Source: Massalongia carnosa (lineage: Eukaryota). From it: a stretch of DNA of 64,000 nucleotides. The notes under the pieces were generated by a model. The model saw nothing but the letters and a program-made list of their open reading frames with translations. It did not search any database and was not told the DNA's origin. Shown here one piece after another: positions 46,872-59,310 of the stretch; positions within the stretch are counted from its first letter, which is position 1; the number at the start of each line of letters is the position of its first letter. The stretch lies in NCBI GenBank assembly GCA_965645245.1, contig OZ287086.1, forward strand, positions 372,001-436,000, given 5' to 3'. A program made the position numbers and the translations under genes.

Positions 46872-48197
46872 CAAAATCGGGTCTAGGAAGTCAGCAAACA
46901 CTTCGCTTAATTTCCCCTCATCTAAATTCCCCCCTTACTTCACCCCCCCCTTTCTACATCAATTTTCATCTGATCAACGAAATGCCTTCTAAACCCAAGA
47001 CGGCCAGACGTGAACACTCGTCTGAAACCATTGCTATCGTTGTAGCCCTTCATGAAGTCCACTTATCCTATGCTGAAATAGCCCGTCAAGTTCGGCTGGC
47101 CCGTTCCACCGTAGTCACCATAGTTCATAGAGCTAAGAGACAAGCCGACGCCTCTTCCGTTCCCAAAAAACGTACTGGTCGGCCAACCAAGCTAAATGTT
47201 CGTGCCAGACGGGCATTGATTCGCCATGTTGAGAAAAATCCACACGATAATTTGCTGGCCCTGACTACCCCTTCCAAATCGGGTCAAAAGCTCTCTCGCG
47301 TCACCGTACGAAAATATCTGAAGCTCGGTGGCTATTTCCGTTTCAGGGCTAGAAAAAAGCCGTTTCTATCAGCACGTCACAAAGCAATCAGACTAAAATG
47401 GGGCAAGGAGCATAAGCATTGGACGGTAGAAGATTGGGGCCGAGTTATATGGACAGATGAAGCTACGTTTGAAACTGGTTTAGACACTCGCTCGTGCTAC
47501 GTCACGAGACGAAAAGGCACGGCCATGGAGTCTAGATATCTGAAGCCTACATTCAAAAGCGGACGAAGCACTGTGGGCATCTGGGCTAGCATACGATTGG
47601 GTGAAAAAGGCCCTATGCTCGTTTTGAATAAGGGGAGACGAATGAATTCAGATATCTACATTGACGAGGTGCTACGGCCTTTAGGGCTCTCGTTTTATGA
47701 AGCATGCTTGACTAGGCGAGGTTTGACGATCTGGATGGATGACGGAGCCAGCTATCATACTTCGAAAAAGGTGATTGATTGGGGAAGACGAAACGGGCTT
47801 TTACGCATGGATTGGCCACCTCAGTCACCCGATTTGAATCCCATTGAGAATCTCTGGCGTATTATCAAAATACGGGTCAGTGCCCGTCGTCACCAAATCC
47901 ATACAATTGAGGCCATGGAGCAGGCTATTCGGGAGGAATGGGCGCTGTTGACTGAGGAGGACTTCAGACGGTGCATTGAGAGCATGCCTGAGCGTATTCG
48001 CTTTCTTATTAAGGCTAAAGGGGGTTCTATTAAATACTGATAACTTAATCTTCTTCAGCATACAGTATTTGACGAAATATGTAGGTTTCAAAGCATCAAG
48101 TTGGAAATTGATTGATTGGGGTGATTTTCATCATTAGGGGTGAGGGGTAAAATGGGGGTGGAACGTGCGCTGTTCGGTCACTTCCTAGACCCGACTG
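46872..48197 (+). mobile_element. Tc1/impala-like DNA transposon
   Basis: Imperfect TIRs (..TCGGGTCTAGGAAGT..); TA at 46870-71 and 48198-99. Confidence 0.88.
46982..48040 (+). CDS. Intact DD34E Tc1-type transposase, 352 aa
   Basis: IWTDEA, WMDDGASYH, SPDLNPIENLW; 34 residues between the second D and E. Confidence 0.93.
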   Translation: MPSKPKTARREHSSETIAIVVALHEVHLSYAEIARQVRLARSTVVTIVHRAKRQADASSVPKKRTGRPTKLNVRARRALIRHVEKNPHDNLLALTTPSKSGQKLSRVTVRKYLKLGGYFRFRARKKPFLSARHKAIRLKWGKEHKHWTVEDWGRVIWTDEATFETGLDTRSCYVTRRKGTAMESRYLKPTFKSGRSTVGIWASIRLGEKGPMLVLNKGRRMNSDIYIDEVLRPLGLSFYEACLTRRGLTIWMDDGASYHTSKKVIDWGRRNGLLRMDWPPQSPDLNPIENLWRIIKIRVSARRHQIHTIEAMEQAIREEWALLTEEDFRRCIESMPERIRFLIKAKGGSIKY

Positions 48198-48710
48198 TAC
48201 CACCCACATCGCTCGGGTCGCCTTAAGCTAGGCGAACCGAGCGATACGGATACTCCCGTGACTCCGTACATTACTTCGTACTCCGTACTCTGTCCCAAAA
48301 CGCCCTTTCGCTTGCATGCGTCCAATGCAACAATCAAACCTGGCAACCTGGATCTGATACAATCCAAGTCATAACAAGAACTTCTTCTGTCGTAGTAGTA
48401 AGCTACCTTGTTTCCACGTCGACTCTTTTTCTTTTTCTGTTTCTGTCTGGTTCACAATGCACAAAGTCTCGTCGTGTAGTTTCCATCGCAATCACAATGC
48501 ATCCTGACCATGACGAGCCTGTCTGAGACGAAATAACGGTTTGATCTGATGAAACACAACGCCGATATTATCAGGGTGCACGGTGTTCAAATCCCTCCAG
48601 CGGCCAGATTCAGTCCATACATGGGGTAGGGGGCGCAACCAACCGACCCGACCTACTCCGTACTTCCCGCCTCGAGGTGCGATCATATTATCTCTCATCG
48701 GATGTAGCCT

Positions 48711-49594
48711 TAAGCCTTATTTGCCCTTTCTGCGGCTGAACTTAACGCGCATCCCGTCGAGTTACTGGAACCCTAACCCTCAAGCCTTATTTGCCCTTTC
48801 TGCGGCTGAACTTAACGCGCATCCCGTCGAGTTACTGGAACCCTAACCCTCAAGCCTTATTTGCCCTTTCTGCGGCTGAACTTAACGCGCATCCCGTCGA
48901 GTTACTGGAACCCTAACCCTCAAGCCTTATTTGCCCTTTCTGCGGCTGAACTTAACGCGCATCCCGTCGAGTTACTGGAACCCTAACCCTCAAGCCTTAT
49001 TTGCCCTTTCTGCGGCTGAACTTAACGCGCATCCCGTCGAGTTACTGGAACCCTAACCCTCAAGCCTTATTTGCCCTTTCTGCGGCTGAACTTAACGCGC
49101 ATCCCGTCGAGTTACTGGAACCCTAACCCTCAAGCCTTATTTGCCCTTTCTGCGGCTGAACTTAACGCGCATCCCGTCGAGTTACTGGAACCCTAACCCT
49201 CAAGCCTTATTTGCCCTTTCTGCGGCTGAACTTAACGCGCATCCCGTCGAGTTACTGGAACCCTAACCCTCAAGCCTTATTTGCCCTTTCTGCGGCTGAA
49301 CTTAACGCGCATCCCGTCGAGTTACTGGAACCCTAACCCTCAAGCCTTATTTGCCCTTTCTGCGGCTGAACTTAACGCGCATCCCGTCGAGTTACTGGAA
49401 CCCTAACCCTCAAGCCTTATTTGCCCTTTCTGCGGCTGAACTTAACGCGCATCCCGTCGAGTTACTAGAACCCTAACCCTCAAGCCTTATTTGCCCTTTC
49501 TGCGGCTGAACTTAACGCGCATCCCGTCGAGTTACTGGAACCCTAACCCTCAAGCCTTATTTGCCCTTTCTGCGGCTGAACTTAACGCGCATCC
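48711..49594. repeat. 70-bp tandem array x12.6; each unit ends in the telomere motif AACCCTAACCCT
   Basis: Units start at 48711, 48781 ... 49551; near-identical (one G>A near 49467). Confidence 0.97.
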
Positions 49595-50012
49595 TGGGGG
49601 TGCGCGGGAAGACACCCATGCGATAGTCTCAACCGGTCCAATCATGTAATAATAATTAGTTTGACGAACGTGGCTTGATCGAGGTGGGCTATAGAATAAA
49701 GAGCCCTTCGCCCACCTCTTTCGGAGGGCCACTAATCAATCTATTGATTACACTCCACCTACTGCTATTCCATAGCGACTCCCATTCTATTGTCCTACCA
49801 CTACTGTAGAGCCATATAGTCACACTGTTCGTACTTCGCCCCACATATTGATCAGTGGTGGCCCCCGCCACGAGGACGAATTCTTCAATCTTGTGTTGGA
49901 GTCGTATTTTTAGTCCTCCTGGCATCAGCTTCCCCATCACGAAAACTTGGAAGGGTAGAGTCCTCTCGTCGCGCAAAGATTTTTGGACGATATGTCAAGC
50001 CGAACAGAGTCT

Positions 50013-53000
50013 ATGTCGGACATTGTGAGAAAGGATGATTATGATTTGCAGGCCGAGTGGGACAGGGTCGTCAGATCATATCTCAAAACGACCGGGAAAG
50101 ATCTTACGAAAAGTTCATATCTCTCTCCCGAAGAGGTTGTCGGCCTGATAAAAGCCAAGGAAGAGAAAGATGAAGCCGACGGTGAAAAGTTCAGGGAGGT
50201 CAAGGATGTTGTTGGCAAGTTGCTCAGAACCATTCAAACCTTTGGGAATATTGCGGCGCCCTGCGCCGGTATGGTACTGTTCTCCCTGTCTCATTACATC
50301 CGCGAAGGCGGTTGCTGAGCTGTATAGGTCTTTGGGCCTAGCACTATATGTTTCAATGCGGTGTCCTACTTGATTGAAGCGGGGCATAATTATCGGAATA
50401 TCTTTAGCCGCTTGACAGAGCTATTCAGTCGAATTTCGAATTTTCTTGAGCGGTTCTCGATTTATCTGCGGGAGAAAGACGATGTGGACGTGGCGTTGAA
50501 GAGGATTATTCATCAACTCCTTCTGAGTTTTGTAAGCATTTGTGAGCTCTCGATAAAGGTGCTCCACGGACACGGAAAAAAATTTGTCAACTTTTTAAAA
50601 GTCTTCGCGTTCAACGAAGATGACGGGGTTAAGTGTGAGCTGGAAAAGCTGAAAATCCTTGCCGAGAAAGAGAATCAGATGAATTGCACCCTGACCCTCG
50701 AATTAACCAAAGCGAATGGTCGAAAAGTTACAGCTGCCTTTGCTGAAACCAACTCTACATTGGGCACAATTGCTGAGTCTGAAAAAAAACGAGAAGCGCT
50801 TTTAGTTGCTGAGAAGCAGTTTGAAAAACTTAAAGGTGCTTTGGGCAATCCAGAGGAGTCGTACCGGGATATTTATCAAAGCTTCTTGGCTATCAAGCTT
50901 CCGAACACTGGAGAATGGCTTCAAAGAGAACCCAGTTTTATGTCGTGGGCTGATCAGCAATCAGACTCGGAGCCGATTCTTTGCATTTCGGGCAATGAAG
51001 GCTATGGTAAATCAGTCTTGATGTCCACCATCATTCAAGTGCTCAAGAAGAAGTACCCTGTAGGACAAGACGACTCGCGGACTTCTATAGCGTATTATTA
51101 CTTCCAAGAGGACGTCAAGAGCTCGCAGTCATCGGATAGGGACCACCGATCTATCGTGAAGGCTTTGAAGGCTTTGGCATTGCAGATTGCTCAAAATGAT
51201 CCTGTATATCAAAGACATCTTGCGACGTCTATCAAAACCTCCGAAGACTTGAGCGAGGTCGAGCATCTATGGAAAAATTTGTTCACAAATTTCTCCCAGA
51301 TTGATGCAACCTTCTTCCTCCTTCTCGATGGCATCGATCAGATAGACGAAAGACATGAAAATATCTTGCTTCAGCTTTTAGGGGATATTCAGGCACAACC
51401 TAGAGTTAAGGGTTTGCTTCGCATACGGCTATTCTTATCAACAAGAGTCGACAAGTTGAAAGAAAGGAGAAAAGATCTGGAAAAACCTTTGTTATCTATT
51501 GACCTAGCTCGGAAAAATGGAGATGATATCCAAAAGTTCGTAAACTTCAAATTGGATAATATGAAAATACTGAAAGGATCGTTCACTAAAGTAAAAAAAG
51601 GCCTGAGAGATGAAATCTTTGCTGCTCTTACCGAAAATGCTCAGGGAGATTTTGTGAACATGGATCTTTTACTCAACGAAATCGGCAGCATGCAGAGACC
51701 TATCGAGATTCGTACGGTGCTGACCAAGGCCAAAGCAGGAGAAAATTTATCTGATACAATAGCTCGAAAGATAGAGCAATGCAACAAACTTCTCGGAAAA
51801 CGAGACATAGAAGATCTTAATGAGCTTTTGACCTGGGTCATCAACGCATATCTACCACTAACACTGAGAGAGTTAGAGGCTGTTTTGTATCTGAAAAACA
51901 AAACTAGCGATGCATCAATGGAACCTCTGCGCGAGCAGATTCAAGACCGATATTCTACTTTCTTCCGTGTATCTGATAAAGCCGACCCCTTCGAAGCCTC
52001 AGATCCTGTGGTCACTCTAGTCTCGGATTCTATCATAGATCACTTTCGAAAGTCTACTAAAACCGTAGATATCGAGGACTCCCCAGCGGATGACAGCATA
52101 GAAGTCAAAATTATCAAAAAGTTCCTCGAATCGGTTTGCGATCCCGACTTGTTCACCAGATTCGGCTTCAAAGGGTTTTTCGAGCACAATTTGGCTAAAA
52201 ACACCGCTGTTATCACTGTTGACCTTCATGCTGCGCCATTGAAACTCTTAGTGGACTGCCTTCATATAATCAACGACGAAGTTGACGAAATGACCGAACC
52301 CCTCGCTGATCATGCAGCACTATGGTTTCCTAAATACCTTCAACAAGTAGACCTCTCTTCGGCTGATCCGACCACCAAGACTGCCATTGGAAAGCAACTA
52401 TTACCATTGTTCAATAGCAACCGACATATCGAAAGATGGTGGAAAGAGGATGATTTTTGTTTGCGTTACCTGTGGCTATATAATGATAACTATGTTGATC
52501 TAGTTTTAAACTGGCTCAAAGATGCAGCAGTTATTAAAGAACTTACTAACGAGGAGAAAGAATGGATCAAAAGTCTGACTTCCAACTCTGATCTCCTGAT
52601 GCCTCTTACAAAGTTCCTCGCAAGCAAGTGGCTGCAAAGTACGGATTGGGGCACATTCCAACCCTTTGTATGCGTTCATAGTTATATCATCAAGGTCCGT
52701 ATCTCAGTCTCCTCTGGAAGATAGTTGCTTAGAACTTATGAACAGATCAAAAGTCGTAAGAATCCAGACCTTGTTCGTCGACTTGACAATGATCCAAATC
52801 CAATTGATATCAAGCCATCCGACATTTACGAGGCAGCGGAGTGGGCTGCTAAACAGCTAGAAGTAAATCGGCCAAGTTATCAGTGGTTGTGCTGTCTAGG
52901 CGAAACATTTGCCACGTGTGAGAAGTGGAAAGATGCGACACGTCAATACAAGGCTGCTTCAGCTATGACCTCTGAATCTATGGAAGCGGACCTTGGTCTA

Positions 53001-54590
53001 GCTAAAGCATATATGGGTCAGAAAAAGTGGCAGGTCGCCATTCAAACTCTGACCACGCTAGGTGAAGCAATGCAAGTCGATACTAGACAAGACGATAATG
53101 AATCTCTACTTCGACATGTCTTCCGCAACCTTGCCATTTGCTACGAGAATCTCAGAGAATACACCAAAGCCTTGGAGATATATCAAAAAAATTTTCTGGA
53201 TCGATCAGATGATTATGAGACCGCCGTCGACATTCTGAGGCTTCAAAACAGGCAGGGCATGTTCACGGAAACAATCGAGTTCCTGCAGAGGATGAAGACG
53301 CATAAAGACAAAGAAATCGGACTCGATAGACTAACTCAATTCTATCATAAGTTTGCAAGAGACGACACTTATCATGATACCATTCTCGAGGCTGCGGAAA
53401 AGGTCAAATGCCTCGATTTTATCAAGAAAAGCTATGAGATAGCTATCGAGGCCGCAAAAGCGAAGCAGGTATCTGATAGAATATCGCAAAGAAAAGGGAT
53501 GATATTTGTTCACAACTCGCTTTCGTATTTCTTCGCAGATCTACTATTTCATCATCATGTTGACGAAAGCGAAAGGATACGCGCAATCTATCTCTGGGAA
53601 CAAATTAGGAAACCAAGTGAGATTTCAGAAGATATTACTATTCCAGATTATCAGCTGTTAGCTGCCCAAAAACTCTCTTTGGTGTATTACGAAAAGATGA
53701 AGGAAGCTGCTCCAGACTCCGAAATCGTTGTCGAAAACATCAATAAGCTAATTCAGCTCTCGATTAATGAAAATTTCAAGATGATCTCGAGCTATTACCT
53801 AGTAATAGATTCGAAAATGCTGCTTGGTCGTTATTATCAATCGATCAACCGTAAAGACGAGGCGAAACGTTACTTAAGAGGAGCTGTTAAAACTGCTCTC
53901 GACCTTTTATCAGATGACGATGTCGCCAACGACTGGCAAGGATACACGATACTGGGACGAACGTTGATGTACTTTGGCGACGATAGCAATGCACTCGCTG
54001 CTTGGTCTTTAGTCCTTCCGACCACCGCTAATTCTGAGACTATCGAATATGGTGTGGAAAACGCAGTTGATGCGGTTTCAGGCTACGCTTTACGGGGGCC
54101 AAATAGCGAAACGGTCACACATTCTCAGGCCGACCCTGTTGCGATCAAGCAAGAATCAATCGCAGCAGATGAGGCCCGTTCAACTAGTATTCTCCGTGCG
54201 TGCGTATTGGAGAGCCCCTCCAATGAGGCTGATTTAGGTTCTCCCACATCTCCCTCCAAACCGAGGGGACCGATCCTGCTGTTTTGCAATGGCTTATGCG
54301 GCACTGGTTGGACGTTCGCCGACGATATTTATGTTTGCAAAGACTGCCTGAATACCGAATTTGACTTCGATTGCTTGAGGTTACTCCAGGACGGTCAACT
54401 CTTCAAAAAAGGGTGCAATCCCAAGCACGAGTTTCTCCATGTGCCCAAATTCGACATGGAGGAAGCCAGAAGAGTGGGCAAAGAGAGGGTCAGAGTAGAT
54501 AGGGAGATTGTGTTGATTACGGAATGGTTGAGGGGGATTAGGAAGGACTGGGGCTTAGTGGAAACGGATAATACGAAAATCAGTAATTAG
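50013..54590 (+). CDS. NLR-like STAND protein copy 2 (about 1490 aa; exons 50013-50273, 50328-52694, 52746-54590)
   Basis: Close paralog of copy 1 with the same intron positions and an open frame throughout. Confidence 0.88.
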
Positions 54591-55475
54591 GACGATAGCG
54601 ATGACAACAAGAGAAATCAGGAAGTATGGTTTGATTTAAGTACGCCACAGCTTGCTAAGAGCTAACGATGTCGTCATCGTGACGGCCATGACTCGATGTG
54701 TGAGCAGGAAGGACTAGAAAAGAAGTCAAGAAGTCGAAAACTCTTTGTTCTTTTCGCTTCGGTTTTTCTATCTTTTTTACTTATCAACACTTAGCAACAT
54801 TATGTTTCGATGATTCTTTCTTTCAAATGATTTTCTTTCACATAATCTACCGTTTAGATGAATGAAATAAGTCTTGATACCTGACTTCGCATTTACAACG
54901 TTTATGAATCACGTAATTTACTTGGTTCGTTCTCCTATTCATGCGCGAACGAACGAACGACGCACGAAAGATGACATGTCACATTTTAGAATTCGGGACT
55001 TTGCTCCAACGTTAGAATAACAATATACTCGAGGTGTCTGAGTTTCATTAGACAGCGTCTAATTGTGCCGAGCTTTTTGTTGTTTTTTTTTAAAAAAAAA
55101 GCCAGATGTGATCGGACACGTCAAGCGAACAGCTTTGTGGTCGACACTATTTTGATTCACGTCAAGACTGGTACGTGGAGTTTCCCTGTCATCCAGTACT
55201 AACTATTCTAATGCAATCGGCTTTATCTTCCACTCAAATGTTGTATCCGCCAATATTCCACCTCCAACTACTCCAGATCTTCATTGTACCGAAACACTTA
55301 GTTTAGGCACCCCAGATTCCCAAGGTGAGACTGGTCGGGTGCATCAAACAACGGAAATTGCGACGACGCTTTCGCATCACCAAAGGGTGTCAACTTTGCA
55401 CCCAAGAACGCAATCAGAGCTGAATATTCAATCCAACATGAATCCAAATATTAGTACGTAACACAACTGGCCTGA

Positions 55476-57368
55476 ATGATTAGCACGGCTCGTTCCCTAT
55501 TTAGTGAACTAGTGATACTTTCATTAACTGACCCTCGTCTAGACCGAAGCAACATTAGTTTCACTGCAGCTAGCGCCAATTGCACCCGCAGTGAAATAAA
55601 AGGGGCTGATGAGTCCGCCGCAAGCAATGATGCCGATTGTCTTATGACGAGTACATCTGCATCTCACTGGAAGAGCTGTTCTGAAGCGGCAGCCATACAA
55701 GCCGAACCACGACTCATTGAGTACGGCTCCAGAAATGCTGCCCTTGTCTTGGTGCTCTTGTGTTATCTCGATAGCTCCCAGATAACTACAGGTGTACTGT
55801 ATCGTGGGAGTACTTCTCAAAATCGATGGAGCGAATGTGGCGAGATAGAGGAAGTAGCAGCATATCAAGCGGGTCTTGTTCACGAAGTGGTGACATTGCT
55901 TTCAGATGATACGGAACTTGATCTAGCCTTCAGAAGTCTTCTTGCTGCATCTGCAATCCGGGCGGAACCATGTACGATAGGGCCAACAACCTACGCTGTG
56001 AATGACCAAGTCAAGATTCGAGTATATGAGAACTTGCTTCCCATAGTCAGATCCTTCTGGAGACGTCAAGCGCTTCTGCTAGTGTCCCATGGCTTTCCAC
56101 GGCGATATCTGGATTCTGAGTACGTTGAATGTAGCCTCAGCTTTTCTGATTCTTACTGATCGCCGTGTGTTAGATCTCGAGATATAGGAATATTGCATTT
56201 ACCTCACCTGCAATATACTTTGCAAGCGTTTGACATGCATGAGCAAGATGGAGAATTGCCTATCATTGCGCAGAATGATCTAGTTCTCACTCTTCTGGCG
56301 GCCTCGGAATTACCAGGAAGATGGAAAGAGCATGCAATCACGAGGGTGAGAAGTCTTTCACAGAATATGCAGGATTGCTATCTTGGCGCTTGCGTTGTAC
56401 ATAGGGAAAGTACACGTTATCGCATCCTTGGCCACTTGGAAAGTTCGAGTCTTGCTCTTAGCAGTGTCCATAATGACACCACCCTCCCAAACGACTACTA
56501 AAAGGGAAGAGTCATTCCAAGGGTCCACGCTCAGCTGGGACACTTGACGGTATCATCCGCTATTAACTTCCTACAGCGAGAGAAAATGAAAGAGGCTATA
56601 GATGAGCTTGATCGGTGGAAACCGATCCATCCGGCATCCCCTTCGACAATGGAGCGGGTTGTCCTATATCACATTAAACTCACGCTGGGAAAGGTGTTGC
56701 GTTACCAAGGTCACTTTCACGACGCATTGGCGTGTCTGAACAGGGCGATTTCCCAAATCGGACAAGATGATCTTCTCAACGAGGTTCGACATGATCTATT
56801 ATGCAATCTTGCAGATGTTTATATCAAACTGGACGATCCAATCAGTGCAAAGCAACTGTTGCAAGCGGAACTCAATCGTCTAAATGATCGAAGAAGGGGC
56901 GACCGCATAGAATCGAGACTCTTGAAGCTATCACTGGCGGAAGCTTTGATGCGACAAGAGCAGTATGACGAGGCCGAAGTGCTTTGCTCGGAGATATAGG
57001 CCCGTCACGAATGCGCGTTAGATCTCACAAGATTTGGAAAGCTGCGTTTGTGTATTAGCTTGGCAAGAGTTTCACATATGCGGGCTCAATAGACTAATGC
57101 ACATCGTTATTGGACGGAAGCACTGGCACTCGTCAACAAACACTACCCCCTACACAACGGCCATACCTCGGCTGTGATCCTCTACTCTATGCATCATGTA
57201 TTGTTGGAACACGGGGAGTTTGAATGGAGTCAGAGATCGCTGGAAGAAATGAAGAAAATAGAAAGCACGGCCGAATCTGGGGGTTGTCAGTTTTGGATTG
57301 CAGGCCTGCGATCTTATTGGTTTAACTATGTGCGTAGTGCACTTAGAAATGGGTTTTCGAATACATAA
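55476..57368 (+). pseudogene. TPR-repeat protein pseudogene (resembles the post-NB-ARC/TPR region of fungal STAND proteins)
   Basis: LCYLDSSQI..LYRG..RW, LGKVLRYQGHFHDA, LAEALMRQEQYDEAE. In-frame stops at 56499, 56997 and 57089; intron near 56119-56173. Confidence 0.7.
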
Positions 57369-57959
57369 AGTCTTGATTTTGGAGCATAAGTAGTATACAC
57401 GTGCTGGGGGCGCCCGTCACTTCTAGCAGCAGTAGCATCCATTAAGCTTTACAACTCACCTCAATAAGCCGTCTTTTCTGTTCTCCTTTCTTTCTCTTTT
57501 CTCCTAATCTCCCTCCAATCCGGCGACTTTTCAATTCCTAGCTCCATTATTAATTCACCTACATCTCTCCAAGAGACAACAGTATCTCCACGACTAATGA
57601 ATTTGTGTTTCATGACTGTAGTTAACCGTTTCACTAGCCCGGAATGATTTAACATCCTTCGTAGACATTCAATCCAATTCTTAAGCAGACAACGGAGGGC
57701 AAGCGAATGATACCTCCCTAAACTTTTTCATAAGCCCGTCTACATCCAAGGTCCTACTCTGTCCTGCTGCCGCCGCTGTCGCGAGCGCGGTAACTCCTCC
57801 ACCCCCTCCACCTGTAGCAATAACTAATCGCGTTGACGGCAGCTCTGCCCATAGCCGCGCTCTGCATATTGTCTATAATTAAAATGGGCGGATATGCACC
57901 ATGTAATCATCGACATAGATCATAGTCACCTATAGTAGCACTAAGTGACCATATCTACC

Positions 57960-59286
57960 CACGCGGGTGACAAAATAAATTGCAACGTGTAAGCGAATTT
58001 ACCCCCCCTTTTTTATTCAAATTTTCATCTCATCATCAACCATCATCTGCATAGCTGATAAAATTCATCTAAATTACATGAGATCAATAACCAGTCATCG
58101 CCCCCTTTGCATCTTTTACCTCTTTCAATATTTTGGGCATGGATAACACCCTTTCATTGATAAATTCTTGACTGACTCGAGCCCATCCCTCCCTAATCAG
58201 CTGCTCCAAACTTGCATCGTCCCAATGAGGAAATTTACGAACATGCTGCTTTGCGGGCTGCCAGCAATTTTCAATGGGAGCTAGATCAGGAGATGAAGCA
58301 CAATTGAAATAGTGCTCTAAATCGTGATCTAACTTTCACTTTTTGACCGCGTTTCGTGTCTTGCCCGTGCCATGACCAGAATCTCCATCTTCTTCAAGTA
58401 CGAAGTCATCTCCACGCTCCAACCAGGGCTTGACGACGGGATCAAGAATAGCGTCAATATACACCTGATGAGTCATTTTTCCATTGCTATTGCTGGGCAC
58501 ATCGTAGAAGTAGGTATCCGACTTGAAATTGTAACCAACTGCTGCCCAGCAGTGCTTTCTTTTACGATCTTTCTCAGGTGGTGCATCACGATGCTGAATA
58601 CAATCCCAACGATATCTTGTTCCGGGCTTACGAATGATTCGTAACTGTCCTTCAGGCCCGTAGCCAAAATGAATCTCATCGCTGAATCGTACGCGATGCC
58701 AGTCTTCGGACCGAGGATATTTATTTAACATAACTGTAGCAAATTCTTCTCTTCTTTCTTCTGATGCCATTGCCAGCCACCCTTTGACACAGGCTAGATA
58801 TTTGTGATAATTCAAGGCAGCTGTAAGAGTTCTCTTCATTGTACGTCCCATCACGTCGGCCCCAATCTCCTGTGCTAAAGCATCCCATGTGTAGCGTTTT
58901 CCTTCCAATTGTAGATCTTGATCCTGCAGAATGTGATCTGCCTCCTTCAGCTGATCATCACTAATCTTTCGCTTTCGACCCCGAGTCTCAACGAGAGAAG
59001 AATTGTGACGTGTGCGAGAAGAAGCTCCGCTTTTGATGATGTTATAGCCCGCGCGCTCGGCCACGCCAAATTCCTGAAAAATGGCCCGTGGATCGAATGG
59101 AATTGCATGTGAGATGAGAAATTGATAAGCTCCTTGAACTTTGGCCTTTGTGGGAGTATCATAATGAGGCTTTTTGGGTCGAGACATTGATGATGAGATA
59201 AAAAGTTGAAAAAAAGGAGGGTGTTTTGATGGGGCATTCAGGGTTAAATTCGCTTACACGTTGCAATTTATTTTGTCACCCGCGTG
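57960..59286 (-). mobile_element. IS630/Tc1-like DNA transposon with CACGCGG termini and 5-bp TSD
   Basis: Perfect 42-bp TIRs 57960-58001 and 59245-59286, flanked by CTACC at 57955-59 and 59287-91. Confidence 0.94.
58084..59187 (-). pseudogene. DD38E transposase (367 aa if repaired) with one premature TGA
   Basis: VRFSDEIHFG, LEEDGDSGHG, SSPDLAPIENCW. TGA at 58336-38 aligns with W in the paralog. Confidence 0.92.
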
Positions 59287-59310
59287 CTACCGTAGTTGTG
59301 TAACGGCATA

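Noticed and set aside
48711..49594. CRISPR array or true chromosome end
   Set aside because: Units are identical with no unique spacers, the context is eukaryotic, and each unit has only two telomere repeats with paralogous sequence on both sides.
57410..57900. Minus-strand coding remnant (64-aa ORF)
   Set aside because: Short, interrupted and unassignable.
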